Source: Pristiophorus japonicus (taxonomy: Eukaryota). From it: a stretch of 64,000 nt of DNA. The notes under the pieces are model-generated. The model was not told the DNA's origin and did no database searches. It saw only the letters and a list, made by a program, of their open reading frames with translations. Positions 36,108 through 49,967 of this stretch are shown piece by piece (position 1 is the stretch's first letter; each line of letters opens with the position of its first letter). Made by a program: the position numbers and the translations under genes. The stretch is from assembly GCF_044704955.1 (NCBI RefSeq), contig NC_091996.1, positions 28,024,001-28,088,000 on the forward strand. Reading direction: 5' to 3'.

Positions 36108-36400
36108 TTTGGCTCAGTGGCAGCCCAAAGTCTCAAGATTGTAGGGTCAATCCCCAGTCCAGAACTTGAGCACATAATCTAGGCTGACATTTCAGTGCAG
36201 TACTGAGAGAGGGCTGTGTTGTGAGAGGTGTCACCTTTCATATGAGACATTTAACAAAGGTCCTGGTCAGATAAACTTTGAAGATCCCATGACTTTTTTC
36301 CCCCCAAGAAGTGGGGAGTTCTTCTGGTGTCCTGTTCAATATTTCACCTCCAGCAGCACAACCAAAAACAGGCCATTCCTCTCATTGCTGTTAATAGATG
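36108..36400 (+). mobile_element. Degraded Deu-domain SINE
   Basis: TGGCTCAGTGG A-box; CAGTGCAGTACTGAG and AAGATCCCATG blocks. Confidence 0.7.
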
Positions 36401-38654
36401 CCAATCTAATTTAGTTGCAGTGATGTGAACACAGCAGGATCAGGCTCCGCTATGGTCCTCCCCATAGTAACATTACTTGGTGCTTCCTGTCTAACCTTAC
36501 CCAAGAGTAATGGGTGAGACCTGCCACCCCCATGGAATCTTAACCTAGCAGGGGAGGGGGGAAGGAGGGAAGGAGGGAGGGAGGGAGGGAGAAGTATTTC
36601 CAAAAAAAACTTACTGCAGTAAAGGAATACAACATGTATTCAGGTTTGAACCAAATATTCTGCAGTGCAGCATACTTTTGAGTAATATATTTTAAAACCA
36701 TGGGTAATATAGATAAAATCTGAGATCGCTGTATTAATCAAATCTAATCTTGACATGCATATGCTGGTTTTAGGAAACAAAGCAGTTTTAGTTTCATTTG
36801 TTTGCTGGTTGACTCGTCTACTTATAATTTTCTACTATAAAATGAAAATTCAGATGTGTAACATAGATGTAGATCATTGATTTGAACACCAGCAAAGCAA
36901 ACTTGACAATGCAGAATTAATATTTTTTATTCACTTTGCAACAGGATTGAGGAGCTGCAGTCTGCAAACCAAATTGTTGATCCACCTAATTTGTTTAAAT
37001 TGTAAGCATCCATAACATCAAGTATTGCAACAATATAGCTTTTATATTGTGGTAATACAACCATTTTACCAGGTGACTTCAGTTTTATAGTAAAGCGTTA
37101 CAGGCTACTACAGATACTGAGATTTGAGGCCTGACTGCTCCAGAGGACACTCTGGAAAGGCCTTGAATGTCTTGCTAGTAGCAGTCACTTAAATTGTAAG
37201 GCTATGGAGAAAGAGCGGGTGAGTGGGACTAATTAGATAGCTCTTTCATAGAGCTGACACAGGCATATTCGGCTGGATGGCCTCCTTCTGTGATGTATGA
37301 CTATAGAATTGAAGTATGTAAGTGTTTTACAGTACTAATGTAACTAGTATGAATGGAATCCGACATTACAGATATCTACAATCCTGTGCTCCCAGTGGGG
37401 AATTATGCTTGCAGAAAATAAGCGCTAAAACATTGAAGCTTTATACTGTATTTGATCCATACTCCCTTTAAGAACATACTTCCCGAGTGACCCTACTAAC
37501 ATTCCTGTCTGGCATCTCTGGTTCAGTCTTGCCATTATTCAGTCCACCACCTTTCACCACTACTTTACCCTCTCTGCTGATAGCCAAATCCATGCCTTTA
37601 TCACCTGTCGCCTTCAATTTTCAAATGCTCTCCAACAGCACCATAAATTTCAGCTCATTGAGAATTCCATCCTTATTTTTACTTTCAGATCACTCCACAG
37701 CCTCCTCGCACTCTTATCTCAGCAATATCCTCCAGCTATACCGCATAAACACACCACCCACTCCTCTGACACGGGGGGAATTATTCCAAGCTACTTTCTG
37801 CTCCCACATCAGTAGCTGATTCATCAGCCATATTGCTGCCTTCTTCTGGGAAGTCCATCCCTCAAGCTTGCAACCTCACTCCTCCTTAACTTTTCATTAT
37901 CCCACTTGCCCCTCTTAGCAGTTTTTGTAAAGTGATCAACAAATTTTTGTTTGAAATGTTTTATAGTATGTCCCTTTCAATCACCTTGCCTTTTAATAAC
38001 AGAAAATGCCACTGATCACATTAAGTTCAGTTTGGATAAGAAATTGGTGACTCCCTGATCGGCTTCCGATTATATCAATGTCGTGGAAAAGTATCAATTG
38101 TGTTCTTTAAGGGAGCCAGAGCTGTTTTGTGTATTCCCAGATAGAGTATAATTCCACCCACATTGAATATGCCAGGATATAAAACAACTTTATGTCTCTT
38201 TATAAATTGAAGAAAAGTAATCTAATGGTTTGTATTGTGTGGGAGAATTCATGATGTGGATTTACAGTATTCAACAAATATTCTAAATTACAAATTGGAT
38301 ATAGGGATCTGGTATGGAGACTGGGTAAACATAATTTACTTACTGCAAAAACTAAAGTGCATTTTCTCATGGCTGGGAATAAAAAGTCCAATTTCACTTG
38401 TGTTTTTCATTTATGACATACCTGTGATCTCAAGTTTCACAGAATAATGAGAAATGTAATTTAGATTTAATAAGTACATTAAAAGTATGTAGTTATTGAA
38501 TAACTATTGACATTTGCCATTCTTTCAGAAATGACATCTCGTTTGTTAAATTTAGCCATAGTTGATACTTCATTGAATACAGTAGTGAGAATCTTGTTAC
38601 AGTTTGGACTTCCTTCCAAAACTCTCAACTCTTGTTCACAAAAGTTATTTCCAT

Positions 38655-39505
38655 TACAAACTTTACAGCACAAACAGGCCATTTGGCCCAACAGGTCCAT
38701 GCCAGGGTTTATTCTCCACACGAGCCTCCTCCCACCCCTCTTCATCTAACCCGTTCAACATATTCTTCTATTCCTTTCTCCCTCATGTGCTTATCTAGCT
38801 TCCCCTTGAATGCTATTTGCCTCCACTTACTCCCTATGGTAGTGAATTCCCCTCTCTGGGTAAAGAAGTATTTTCTGAATTCCGTATTGGATTTATTGGT
38901 GACTATCTTCTATTTATTTTATAGCCCTTGGTTCTGGTCTCACGCCCCCGCCCCCACAAGTGGAAACATTCTTTATAACCACTCTTAACAAAATCTTTCA
39001 TAATTTTAAAGACCTCAATTACGATACAGAAGGAGGCCATTCGGCCCATTGTGTCCGTGCTGGTTGAAAAAGAGCTACCCAGCCTAATCCCACCTTCCAG
39101 CACTAGGTCTGTAGCCCTGTAGATTATGGCTTTCATTTGCCAATTACATACCCATTGTGACAGCTTATTAATGTCTTCCTGTAATTTGTCGCAGTTTTCC
39201 TCTATTAACTGCAGCCCCCAATTTGGTGTCATTTGCAAATTTTGAAGTTGTACTTCTGATTCCAAATTGTTGATGCAAATGGAGAACCCAGCACCAATTG
39301 GTGATCCCAGCACCAATCCTTGTGGCACATCACTTCCCACCATTTTCCAATCCGTGTAACTACTTTTAACCCCTACTCTCTTTTCCTTTTTTTTAAGTCA
39401 GCGTGCTATCCATTCTGCGACTTGTCCCCTGAATCCGCACATTATGACCGCATTACCCTTATCTACCCTTTTTCAATAAGGTTGGTCAAGCACGACCTTT
39501 GCTTT
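38655..39505 (-). mobile_element. Nested old CR1-type fragments
   Basis: ORF 38903..39343 remnants (VPQGLVLG); CR1 3' UTR motifs. Confidence 0.65.
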
Positions 39506-40899
39506 AGCAGACCTACATGTCCTTCGAACGAATACTTGCAACTTTATGTATGTCATGAATAGGATGGTGTTCCACATCATTTACCTTTTTACCATGGTAT
39601 TAAGCCCAAAGATGCTGTGAGGTGCTCTCCTGTCCACTTCAGCATACTATCAAATGGTATCATTTAGGCCAAAACGAATAACGAAATTATTTACAAATGA
39701 GATATTTGCACAGAAGCATATGCCACTGAAAGTAACTCGTAATATACTTAATTTGCACAATACTTAAAACTGTTTGAAAACCATAGTCCAAAATCTTTAG
39801 TGTTTTCCAGAATCTTTTAACTACTTTATCAAGCGGATGCCTGAATACTTACTGGTCTGGGGAAGGTAGATGAGGGAGAAAGAAATAGAAGGTTTTGTTG
39901 ATGGATGAAGAGGGCTGGGAGGAGGCTTGTGTGGAGCAGAAACTCTGGCATAGACCGGTTGGGCAAATGGCCTGTTTCTGTGCCGTACGTTCTATGTAAT
40001 TCTGAGTTTCTGATGAAATGTTACGTCAACAATGAACTCTTGAAACCCTCCTTTGTCCCCTCAATGTGGAAATAGATAGTTGAAGCACAGAACTGTAATC
40101 CGGAGGTAAAATCTGTGCTCGTCAACAGTTTCTGGGATTTCAAAGACCGGTTTGAACAGCCAGATCTAAGATATTATGCAAAATACTGCAGGCTGTACTA
40201 ATAAGCAATCTGACATACCTCTTTGTCAATGTATGTTGTAATTTTGACTGATGAAAATTCCTTGATGGTTCTGCCATTGGTGATTGTAAGTTATATCTTC
40301 TCCTTCAGTCTGCAAAGTTGATTACATGAACATTTCCCCCAACAAAGATAATTTCTGATGCAATCAACCTATGGATACAGGTGATAACATTACTGAAGAT
40401 AGCTAAAGGGCTAGGTATGCCTCTGTGGAAATGTCTCGAGAGTTGTGTGTATATTGTTTTTCTCCATTGACAGCTAAACAAAGAACTTTATTTCTGCTAT
40501 AATTACTTTAATTCAGTTTTAAAACTAATTGCTTTATCTGTAACCAAATTCAAGTGATACAATATAGGAAAACAATCTGCATATTAGAGCTTTGTTTTTG
40601 CTGCAGATGTAAGTTTGACAAACTGTTGTATTGAAGGTTGGTCTCAGCCATAAAATGCCCCCCACCCCAAGGCACAAATCTGCACCTGATAACCTCCTCA
40701 TCCTGCAAAAACTACAAATCCAATGATTTTCCCTCCCTGCATTGAGGATCAGCATTATTCCCTTAGCACCCCTGACAGATACTGAATGTGAGACTGCCCT
40801 GTCCTCTGTCTCAAGTAGGTGAAAGACTCCCTCTGAGGCAAAACTCGCTCCCTGGTGAGGCAAAATTTGGAGCCACAGATCTCATACCCACTGAGATAA

Positions 40900-41230
40900 A
40901 TTCCCCCTTACGCCTTCCCCTTCCATCCCTTTGCCCCTTCGTCCTTCTCATCCGTCTCCTCCATCCCCCTCTTCTCCCCAATTCTTCATCTCCAACACCT
41001 ACCAGTTCCCCTCTGCCCCACTCTTCTCTTCCCCTCTCAACTCCTCCCCTCCATCCTTTCTCCCACCTCCCCTCCTGCCTCAATCTGTTTCTATCTTCAC
41101 CCTTGCCCCCCTACTCTCCTTGCCTGTCCTCTCCTTCCCTTTTCTTCACTCAGTGCTCCTCTCTTCCTCTCTGCCTTCCATCAGCTGCCTAATTCTCCTT
41201 GCCCCTCCCCAGCTTGGTTCAATTATCTTG
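40900..41230. repeat. About 330-nt low-complexity C/T-rich tract
   Basis: Strongly pyrimidine-biased + strand. Confidence 0.85.
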
Positions 41231-41847
41231 TTGCCTTCTAATCTTGCTTGACCCTGAAAATTGCCCTCGTGGCACATCAATTTAGAAATAAATATTCAAA
41301 ACAGGGGAACATTCTCATACAAATAACATGCGTTATCCATTAAATGTGCAAGTTTGCTTCACTATTCTCCAGAACAATCTGGTGGTTTTAAAATGTTTCC
41401 CCAAATCCCATCCCCCTGCAATATCTTTGTCTGTCTTCAGAATTCAACAGGTCCTGGAGCTTGTTTCCCCTTCAGCAAAAATCCATTTGATAGCAAATGA
41501 AGCTTTAATGAAATTGTTCACAAACATAATAGCCACATTAAAAATGTTATGACCTTATGCAACTGAAGCTCATGACACCATTCAGCAAATTATCCAAAAT
41601 ACAACCATATCGGAAAGATATGAATCTTTTTCAAAATTATACAATATTGATATATGAATATTTTAAAACAAGAAGGCATAACTATTATATGGGTGTCACA
41701 TCATACATAAGTTTTACACATACAGAAACAACTTGGCTTTGCAAAGTGATACTTGTGTTAATTGCATTCAAGTCAACAAACTCCTTTAGCAATTAATCAA
41801 ATCCATGCTCTTAACTAGAACCAACAACCAAGTAGACAGGGTCATAC

Positions 41848-43860
41848 CATAGAAACATAGAAAATAGGTGCAGGGGTAGGCCAATCGAGCCTGCACCACC
41901 ATTTAATATGATCATGGCTAATCATTCCATCAGTACCCCTTTCCTGCTTTCTCTCCATACCCCTTGATCCCTTTAGCCGTAAGGGTCATATCTAACTCCC
42001 TCTTGAATATATCCAATGAACTGGCATCAATAACTCTCTGCGGCAGGGAATTCCACAGGTTGACAACTCTGAGTGAAGAAGTTTCTCCTCATCTCTGTCC
42101 TAAATAGCCTGCCCCTTATCTTAAGACTGTGTTCCCTGGTTCTGGACTTCCCCAACATCGGGAACATTCTTCCTGCATCTAACCTGTCCACCCCTGTCAG
42201 AATCTTATATGTTTCTATGAGATTCCCCTCATCCTTCTAAACTCCAGTGTATAAAGGCCCAGTTGATCCAGTCTCTCCTCAGTCTGGTGAACCGTCGCTG
42301 CACTCCCTCAATAGCAAGAACGTCCTTCCTCAGATTGGGAGACCAAAACTGAACACTATTCCAGGTGAGGCCTCGCCCAGGCCCTGTACAACTGCAGTAA
42401 GACTTCCCTGCTCCTATACTCAAATCCCCTTGCTATGAAGGCCAACGTACCATTTGCCTTCTTCACCGCCTGCTCTACCTGCATGCCAACTTTCAAGGAC
42501 TGATGAACCATGACACCCAGGTCTTGTTGCACCTCCCCTTTTCCTAATCTGCCGCCATTCAGATAATATTCTGCCTTCGTGTTTTTGCCCCCAAAGTGGA
42601 TGACCTCACATTTATTCACATTATACTGGATCTGCCATGTATTTGCCCATTCGTCTATCCTCTCCAAGTCACCCTGCAGCCTCTTAGCGTCCTCCTCACA
42701 GCTCACACCGCCACCCAGTTTAGTGTCATCTGCAAACTTCCTTCATCTCACACTCAATTCCTTCATCTAAATCATTAATATATATTGTAAAGAGCTGAGG
42801 TCCCAGCACCGAGCCCTGCCATTCTGAAAAGGACCCGTTTATCCTGACTCTCTGCTTCCTGTCTGCCAGCCAGTTCTCTATCCACATCAATACATTACCC
42901 CCAATACCATGTGCTTTGATTTTGCACACTAATCTCTTGTGTGGGACCTTGTCAAAAGCCTTTTGAAAGTCCAAATACACCACATCCACTGGTTCTCCCT
43001 TGTCCACTCTACTAGTTACATCCTGAAAAAATTCCAGAAGATTTGTCAAGCATGATTTCCCTTTCATAAATCCATGCTGACTTAGACCAATCCTATCACT
43101 ACTTTCCAAATGTGCTGCTATTTCATCCTTAATGATTGATTCCAACATTTCCCCCACTACTGATGTCAGGCTAACTGGTCTATAATTACCTGTTTTCTCT
43201 GTCCCTCCTTTTTAAAAAAGTGGTGTTACATTAGCAACCCTCCAGTACATAGGAACTGATCCAGAGTCGATAGACTGTTGGAAAATGATCACCAATGCAT
43301 CCACTATTTCTAGGGCCACTTCCTTAAGTACTCTGGGATGTAGACTATCAGGCGCTGGGGATTTATCGGCCTTCAATCCCATTAATTTCCCGAACACAAT
43401 TTCCCGCCTAATAAGGATATCCTTCAGTTCCTCCTTCTCACTAGACCCTCGGTCCCCGAGTACATCCGGAAGGTTATTTGTGTCTTCCTTTGTGAAGACA
43501 GAACCAAAGTACCTGTTCAATTTGTCTGCCATTTCTTTGTTCCCCATTATAAATTCACCCGAATCCGACTGCAAGGGACCTACGTTTGTCTCCACTAATC
43601 ATTTTCTCTTCACATATTTATAGAAGCTTTTGCAGTCAGTTTTTATGTTTCCGGCAAGCTTCCTCTCATACTCTATTTTCCCCTTAATTAAACCCTTTGT
43701 CCTCCTCTGCTGAATTCTAAATTTCTCCCAGTCCTCCGGTTTGCTGCTTTTTCTGGCGAATTTTTATGCCTCTTCCTTGGATTTAACACTATCCTTAATT
43801 TCCCTGTTAGCCATGGTTGAGCCACCTTCCCTGTTTTATTTTAATTTCAGGCAGGGATGA
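41848..43860 (-). mobile_element. Young 5'-truncated CR1/HER1-type LINE
   Basis: CATAGAAACATAGAAA tail; RT ORFs 42356..42706, 42726..43157, 43212..43595. Confidence 0.93.
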
Positions 43861-43914
43861 CCAGCAGTCTTGTTTGTTTCTGATGCAGTATAGGACTTGG
43901 CTTTATTTTGAGTT

Positions 43915-45046
43915 CATAAGAACATAAGCAATAGGAACAGGAGTAGGCCATACGGCCCCTCGATCCTGCTCCGCCATTCAATAAGATTATGGCTGATCTG
44001 ATCATGGACTCAGCTCCACTTCCCTGCCCGCTCCCCATAACCCCCTTATCCCCTTATCGTTTAGGAAACTATTTCTGTCTTAAATTTATTCCATGTCCCA
44101 GCTTCCACACCTCTCTGAGGCAGCGAATTCCACTGGTTTACAACCCTCAGAAGAAATTTCTCATCTCAGTTTTAAATGGGCAACCCCTTATTCGAAGATT
44201 ATACCCTGTAGTTCTGGTCTTCCCCATCAGTGGAAACATCCTCTCTGCATCCACCTTGTCAAGCTCCTTCATAATCTTATATGGTTCGATAAGATCACCT
44301 CTCATTCTTCTGAATTCCAATGAGTCGAGGTCCAACCTACTCAACCTTTCTTCATAAGTCAACCCCCTCATCTCCGGAATCAACTTCGTGAACCTTCTCT
44401 GAACTGCCTCCAAAGCTAGTATATCCTTTCGTAAATATGGAAACCAAAACTGCACGCAGTATTCCAGATGTGGCCTCACTAATACCCTGTATAGCTGTAG
44501 CAAGACTTCCCTACTTTTATACTCCATCCCCTTTGCAATAAAGGCCAAGATTCCATTGGGCTTCCTGATCACTTGCTGTACCTGCGTACTATCCATTTGT
44601 GTTTCATGCACCAGGACCCCCAGGTCCCACTGTACTGCAGCACTTTGCAATCTTTCTCCATTTAAATAATAACTTGCTTTTTGATTTTTTTTTCTTCCAA
44701 GTCGTTAATATAGATTGTAAATAGTTGGGGTCCCAGCACTGATCCCTGCAGCATCCCACTGGTTGACAACCCAAGAATGAATCATTTATCCCGATTCTCT
44801 GTTTTCTGTTAGCCAATCCTCTAATCATGCTAATATATTAGCCCCAATCCCAGAAACTTTTATCTTATGCAGTAACCTTTTATGTGGCATCTTGTCAAAT
44901 GCCTTCTGGAAGTCCAAATGCACCACATCCACTGGTTCCCATTTATCCACCTTGTTCGTTACATCCTCAAAGAATTTCAGCAAATTTGTTAAACATGACT
45001 TCCCCTTCATAAATCCATGCTGACTCTACTTGATTAAATTTTGCTT
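43915..45046 (-). mobile_element. CR1-type LINE, second subfamily (CATAAGAA tail)
   Basis: ORFs 44147..44650 and 44825..45010. Confidence 0.9.
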
Positions 45047-45077
45047 TAAGTTGTAACATTTGCACAGCGATAATGAA

Positions 45078-45517
45078 AAGACTTGGATTTATATAGTGTC
45101 TTTCATGACCACCGGATGTCTCAAAGCGCTTTACAGTCAATGAAGTACTTTTGGAGTGTCGTCACTGTTGTAATGTGGGAAATTCAGCAGCCAATTTGCA
45201 CACAAGCAAGCTCCCACAAACAGCAGTGTGATGATGACCAGATAATCTGTTTTTGTTATGTTGATTGAGGGATAAATATTGTCCAGGACACTGGAGATAA
45301 CTCCCTTGCTCTTCTTTGAAATAGTGCCATAGGATCTTTTATGTGCACAAGAGAGAGAGCAGATGTGGTCTCGGTTTAACATCTCATCTGAAAGATGGCA
45401 CCTCCAACAATGCCGCGCTCCCTCAGCATTGCACTGGATTGTCAGCTGAGAGTGGGACTTGAACCCACAACCTTCTGACTCGGAGGCAAGTGTGCTACCC
45501 ACTGAGCCACAGCTGAC
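45078..45517 (-). mobile_element. Full-length Deu-domain SINE
   Basis: Minus-strand A/B boxes (GTGGCTCAGTGG, GGTTCAAGTCC), Deu core, GAAAGACACTATATAAAT tail. Confidence 0.85.
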
Positions 45518-46844
45518 AATAGTACAAAACTTCAGCTTTCTGCATTACAAATGAGTGGGAAAATTAGGTAAATAAAATGCTGTATACAATCAAACTTTCT
45601 TCATGATGCATTGAGTATTCCCTAGGTTTTATAGTTAACAAGCTCATTTTATTTCAGTGTTTTACTGCTCCTTCTGATTGATTAGGCAAATTGGCTTGTC
45701 CCATCTTGGAATGTTGCAGTGAGTTCTTGGTCTCAGTTGAGAGGGCAGTAAAATTGGGTCCATTAAGTACCGTTATTGCACATTTGTTAGAAGGGGCCAA
45801 TCCAAAAACATTTAGAACTGACCTGGAAGAGTCTGCTTGCCTACCTTCTGGGTTGAAAATTGTATTTGACGTTGTGGATCTGAAAAAGTGAAAGAAACTG
45901 ATAGAGAACAGTTGACTTTGACAGTTGACAGCTGAAGTTATAATTTAAACATGTGTACTCAGAATGGGAATTCAATGCAGCCTAATGATTCATTTTTTAA
46001 TTATACATGCATTTTACATTTCGATCCTAAATGTAACTTCTTCACCTCCACTACGTATGCAGAAGGAATCATATTTTGTGACTGTTGGCTATCATTGCTG
46101 TACAGTCTGTTGTTTCTTATGAGCATTAGTTGTAGCCAATCTGTGCAAAATGTTATGTTTTTATTGAAGAGTATGAATAATATGTGATCCTCAACTGTAG
46201 TGACTCATTGATAAATTGTCTGTTTTGAGAACATATCAAAAACAAAATATGAATCACCCACAGAATAAATGATGCACCGTTGAAGATGTGATACTGGCGT
46301 TCCTAGTGTGAAAGACTATAGATTAATGATGTTGCAAGGCCATTTTAAAGACATACATGATTCCACTAGTTTCAATTGATGTGTCAGTTTCCTTCCCCAC
46401 TCATTACTCGTGGAATTTGATTGGAAATTACCCCCAAAATGTTTGTTTTCAACAAATGTCTTTACAAATTGGAATTTTTTCCCTTAAATTGAATCCAAGC
46501 AATATTAGAGAAGAGCAAAAAAATATGAATGTAGCAAGTAAAGACCATTCAACCTATTGTTCCCTATCCCCAGTCAATCACTAACTGTATAAGGCCTAGG
46601 AAGTACATTAATTAATTAAATGAGTTTTGTACTGAGCCATGCAGTCCAGGGTCTGATTTGATGGCTGTGATGTTCCCTGCAGTCAAATAGCCACCTGCCA
46701 CTTTTGGCTAGATTTTGCATGACCAGTAATCACTTGGTTAAGGTTCCTAAGGGAATCCATGCCTTTATCGGTGGCTTTGGGTGATTGTGAACATTTTTGA
46801 ACTATAGACTAGTTCACCATTCTTCACCTGAATACAGCTACAGC

Positions 46845-47670
46845 GATCGTGGCGGAGGTGCGGTGAATGAGGGTTCGGGGCCCAGAGGGCGGAGGGCCCA
46901 GGGGGCAGCACGGGCCTGCCCACACTGCAATATGTGTGCGCACTAGGTCCATGCAGCAGAGCAGGTCTCCAGTCGGCCTGCTTAACCCTTGCCACTGGAT
47001 AAAGGCTAACATCCCCAGCATTGAAGCACTGACCACACTCGATCAGCTCCGCTGGGCAGGCCATATAGTTTGCATGCCAGACAAGAGACTCCCAAAGCAA
47101 GTGCTCTACGTGGAGCTCCTTCACGGCAAACGAGCCAAAGGTGGGCAGCGGAAACATTACAAGGACACTTTCAAAGGCTCCCTGATAAAGTGCGACTCCC
47201 CCACTGACACCTGGGAGTCCCTGGCAAAAGACCGCCCCAAGTGCACTTCGAGTCTCAATGCTGAGAACGTGCAGAAATCAAGCGCAGGCATCAGAAAGAG
47301 CATGCGGCAAACCAGTCCCACCTACCCCTTTCCTCAACGACTGTCTGTCCCACCTGCGACAGAGTCTGTGGCTCTCGTACTGGACTGTTCAGCCACCAAA
47401 GAACTCACTTCAGGAATGGAAGCAAGTCTTCCTCGATTCCGAGGGACTGCCTATGATGATGATGATAATGATGATGATGATGATCTCTATCAAGCCCATG
47501 TGGTGGCTGATGTGCAACGGTCATCACACGTTAAAAAATCCACGCATAGGCATCTTCCACCCCCTCAGTTGGAGTTCAGGACTGGAACGTCGGGTCCTTC
47601 ATTGAAACATCTGTGAACTCATGTGGAAGTAAGTCATCCTTGTTCGAGGGACCACCTATGATGGTGATGA
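46845..47670 (+). mobile_element. Bipartite non-autonomous RTE derivative with an RTE 3' fragment (about 47008-47483) nested inside
   Basis: Head matches the 5' UTR of the RTE at 18505-18670; both parts end in (GAT)n tails. Confidence 0.75.
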
Positions 47671-47874
47671 GTCTAAGGACTGCACAGAACATTTTCCATC
47701 TCTCTGTCCTGCTCCAAGCCCGTCCTTTGTCCCCCACTAAATTAAGAATATATTAATTTTCATTTTACGTCAACCTTTACAAATTTACTGTTCTTTAAAG
47801 AGGAAAGTTCAAAATACTTCCCCTCTTTACAAAAGGAAAAAACATACATACTTTGACGTTTAAGGAAAAGAAAA

Positions 47875-48490
47875 AGAAAGACTTGCATTTATATAGTGCC
47901 TTTCACGATCTCAGGACATTCCAAATCGTGTTACAGCCAATAAAGTACTTTTGCCATTGGACCAAGACCTAACTCTGTCAAGCCCGTGTGGTGGCTGGTG
48001 TGCAATGGCCACCATATGTTAATAAAATCCATGCACAGGCAACTTCCACCCTTCAAGATGTAGTTCGGGATCTGGAACATTGAAACACCTGTGAATTCAT
48101 CTCTTTTTGGCCTGGAAGCAAATCATCCTTGCTTCGAGGGACTGCCTATGATAATGATGATGACTTTTGAGGTGTAGTCACTGTTGTAATTTGCACACAG
48201 GAAGCTAGCTCCAACAGCAGGAATGTGATAAGACCAGATAATCTAGGTTTTTTTGTGATGTTGATTGAGGGATGAATATTGTCCAGGACACTGCGGGGGT
48301 AACTCCCCTATTTTTTTTCAAAATAGTGCCGTGGAATCTTTTACATCTACCTGAGAGAGCTGACAGGGCTACGATTTAACACCTTACTTGAAAGACAGCA
48401 CCTCTGACAGTGCAGCATTCCCTCAGCACTGCACTGGAACACCAGCCTAGATTTTTGCACTCAAGTCTCTGGAGTGGGACTTGAACCCAC

Positions 48491-48521
<31 letters not shown>

Positions 48522-48537
48522 AACTGAGCCATGGCTG
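47875..48537 (-). mobile_element. Deu-domain SINE interrupted by a truncated bipartite RTE derivative (47954..48162, +)
   Basis: 7-bp TSD ACTTTTG (47947-47953 / 48163-48169) flanks the insert. Confidence 0.82.
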
Positions 48538-48644
48538 ATTTATCACAGAGAGCTGAAGTTTGTGCCATTTTATTTTTAATATAAAAAAATAATAGCAGTA
48601 TTCTTCCAACAAAATTTTAAAAGGTAAGTTTAACAGGGTGCATA

Positions 48645-49848
48645 AAGGGGTGTATTTGGACTTCCAGATGGTATTTGACAAGGCGCCACATAAAAGGTTA
48701 CTGCACAAGATAAAATATCACAGGATTGGGGGTAATATATTTGCATGGATAGAGGATTGGCTAACTAACAGAAAACAGAGTCGGGATAAATGATTAATTC
48801 TCGGGTTGGCAATCAGTAAACTAGTGGGGTGCCGCAGGGATCAGTGCTGGGACCCCAACTATTTACAATCTATATTTAACGACTTGGAAGAAGGGACTGA
48901 GTGTAACGTAGCCAAGTTTGCTGATGATACAAAGATGGGAGGAAAAGCAATGTGTGAGGAGGGCATAAAAAATCTGCAAAAGGACATAGACAGACTGTGA
49001 GTGGGCAAAAATTTGGCAGATGGAGTATAATGTTGGAAAGTGTGAGGTCATGTACTTTGGCAGAAAAAAAATCAAAGAGCAAGTTATTATTTAAATGGAG
49101 AAAAATTGCAAAGTGCTGCAATACAGCGGGACCTGGGGGTACTTGTGCATGAAACACAAAAGGATAATATGCAGGTACTGCAAGTAATCAGGAAGGCCAA
49201 TGGAATCGTGGCCTTTATTGCAAAGGGGATGGAGTATAAAAGCAGGGAAGTCTTGCTACAACTATATAAGGTATTGGTGAGGCCACACCTGGAATACTGC
49301 ATACAGTTTTGGTATCCATATTTACAAAAGGATATACTTGCTTTGGAGGTAGTTCAGAGAAGGTTCACTAGATTGATTCCGGAGATGAGAGGGTTGACTT
49401 ATGAGGAAAGGTTGAGTAGTTTGGGCCTCTACTCATTGGAATTCAGAAGAATGAGAGGTGATCTTATCGAAATGTATAAGATCATGAGGGGACTTGACAA
49501 GGTGGATGCAGAGAAGATGTTTCCACTGATAGGGGAGACTAGAACTAGGGGACATAATCTTAGAATAAGAGGTTGCCCATTTAATACTGAGATGAAGAGG
49601 AATTTCTTATCTCAGAGGGTTGTAAATCTGTGGAATTCGCTGCCTCAGAGATCTGTGGAAGCCGGGACATTGAATAAATTTAAGACAGAGATAGACAACT
49701 TCTTAACCGATAAGGCATTAAGGGGTTATGGGGAGTGGGCAGGGAAGTGGACCTGAGTCCATGATCGGATCAGCTATGATCATATTAAATGGCGGAGCAG
49801 TCTCGAGGGGCTGTATGGCCTACTCCTGCTTCTATTTCTTATGTTCTA
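48645..49848 (+). mobile_element. CR1-type LINE, second subfamily
   Basis: ORF 49106..49756 (216-aa RT C-terminus), FADD at about 48918, 3' UTR ending TTCTTATGTT. Confidence 0.92.
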
Positions 49849-49967
49849 ATTCTTCAACTAATGCACCAACTTGTGAAAGTACTGTGCTAATACTTAGAAT
49901 GTGGCAATTCTCTGTCCATTTAAAATAATTGCATTTAAGTGATGGACCTGTCCAAAGTGAATATGAG

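Noticed and set aside
40005-40045. CTGATGA as a second hammerhead core
   Set aside because: No stem II/GAAA/NUH arrangement follows
45440-45517. tRNA genes at SINE heads (also about 10195, 36108, 48470, 61560)
   Set aside because: A/B boxes are fused to SINE bodies and no complete cloverleaf is evident
46867-47616. 249-aa ORF with a poly-Asp tract
   Set aside because: It crosses nested RTE-derived pieces, and the Asp run is the (GAT)n retroelement tail
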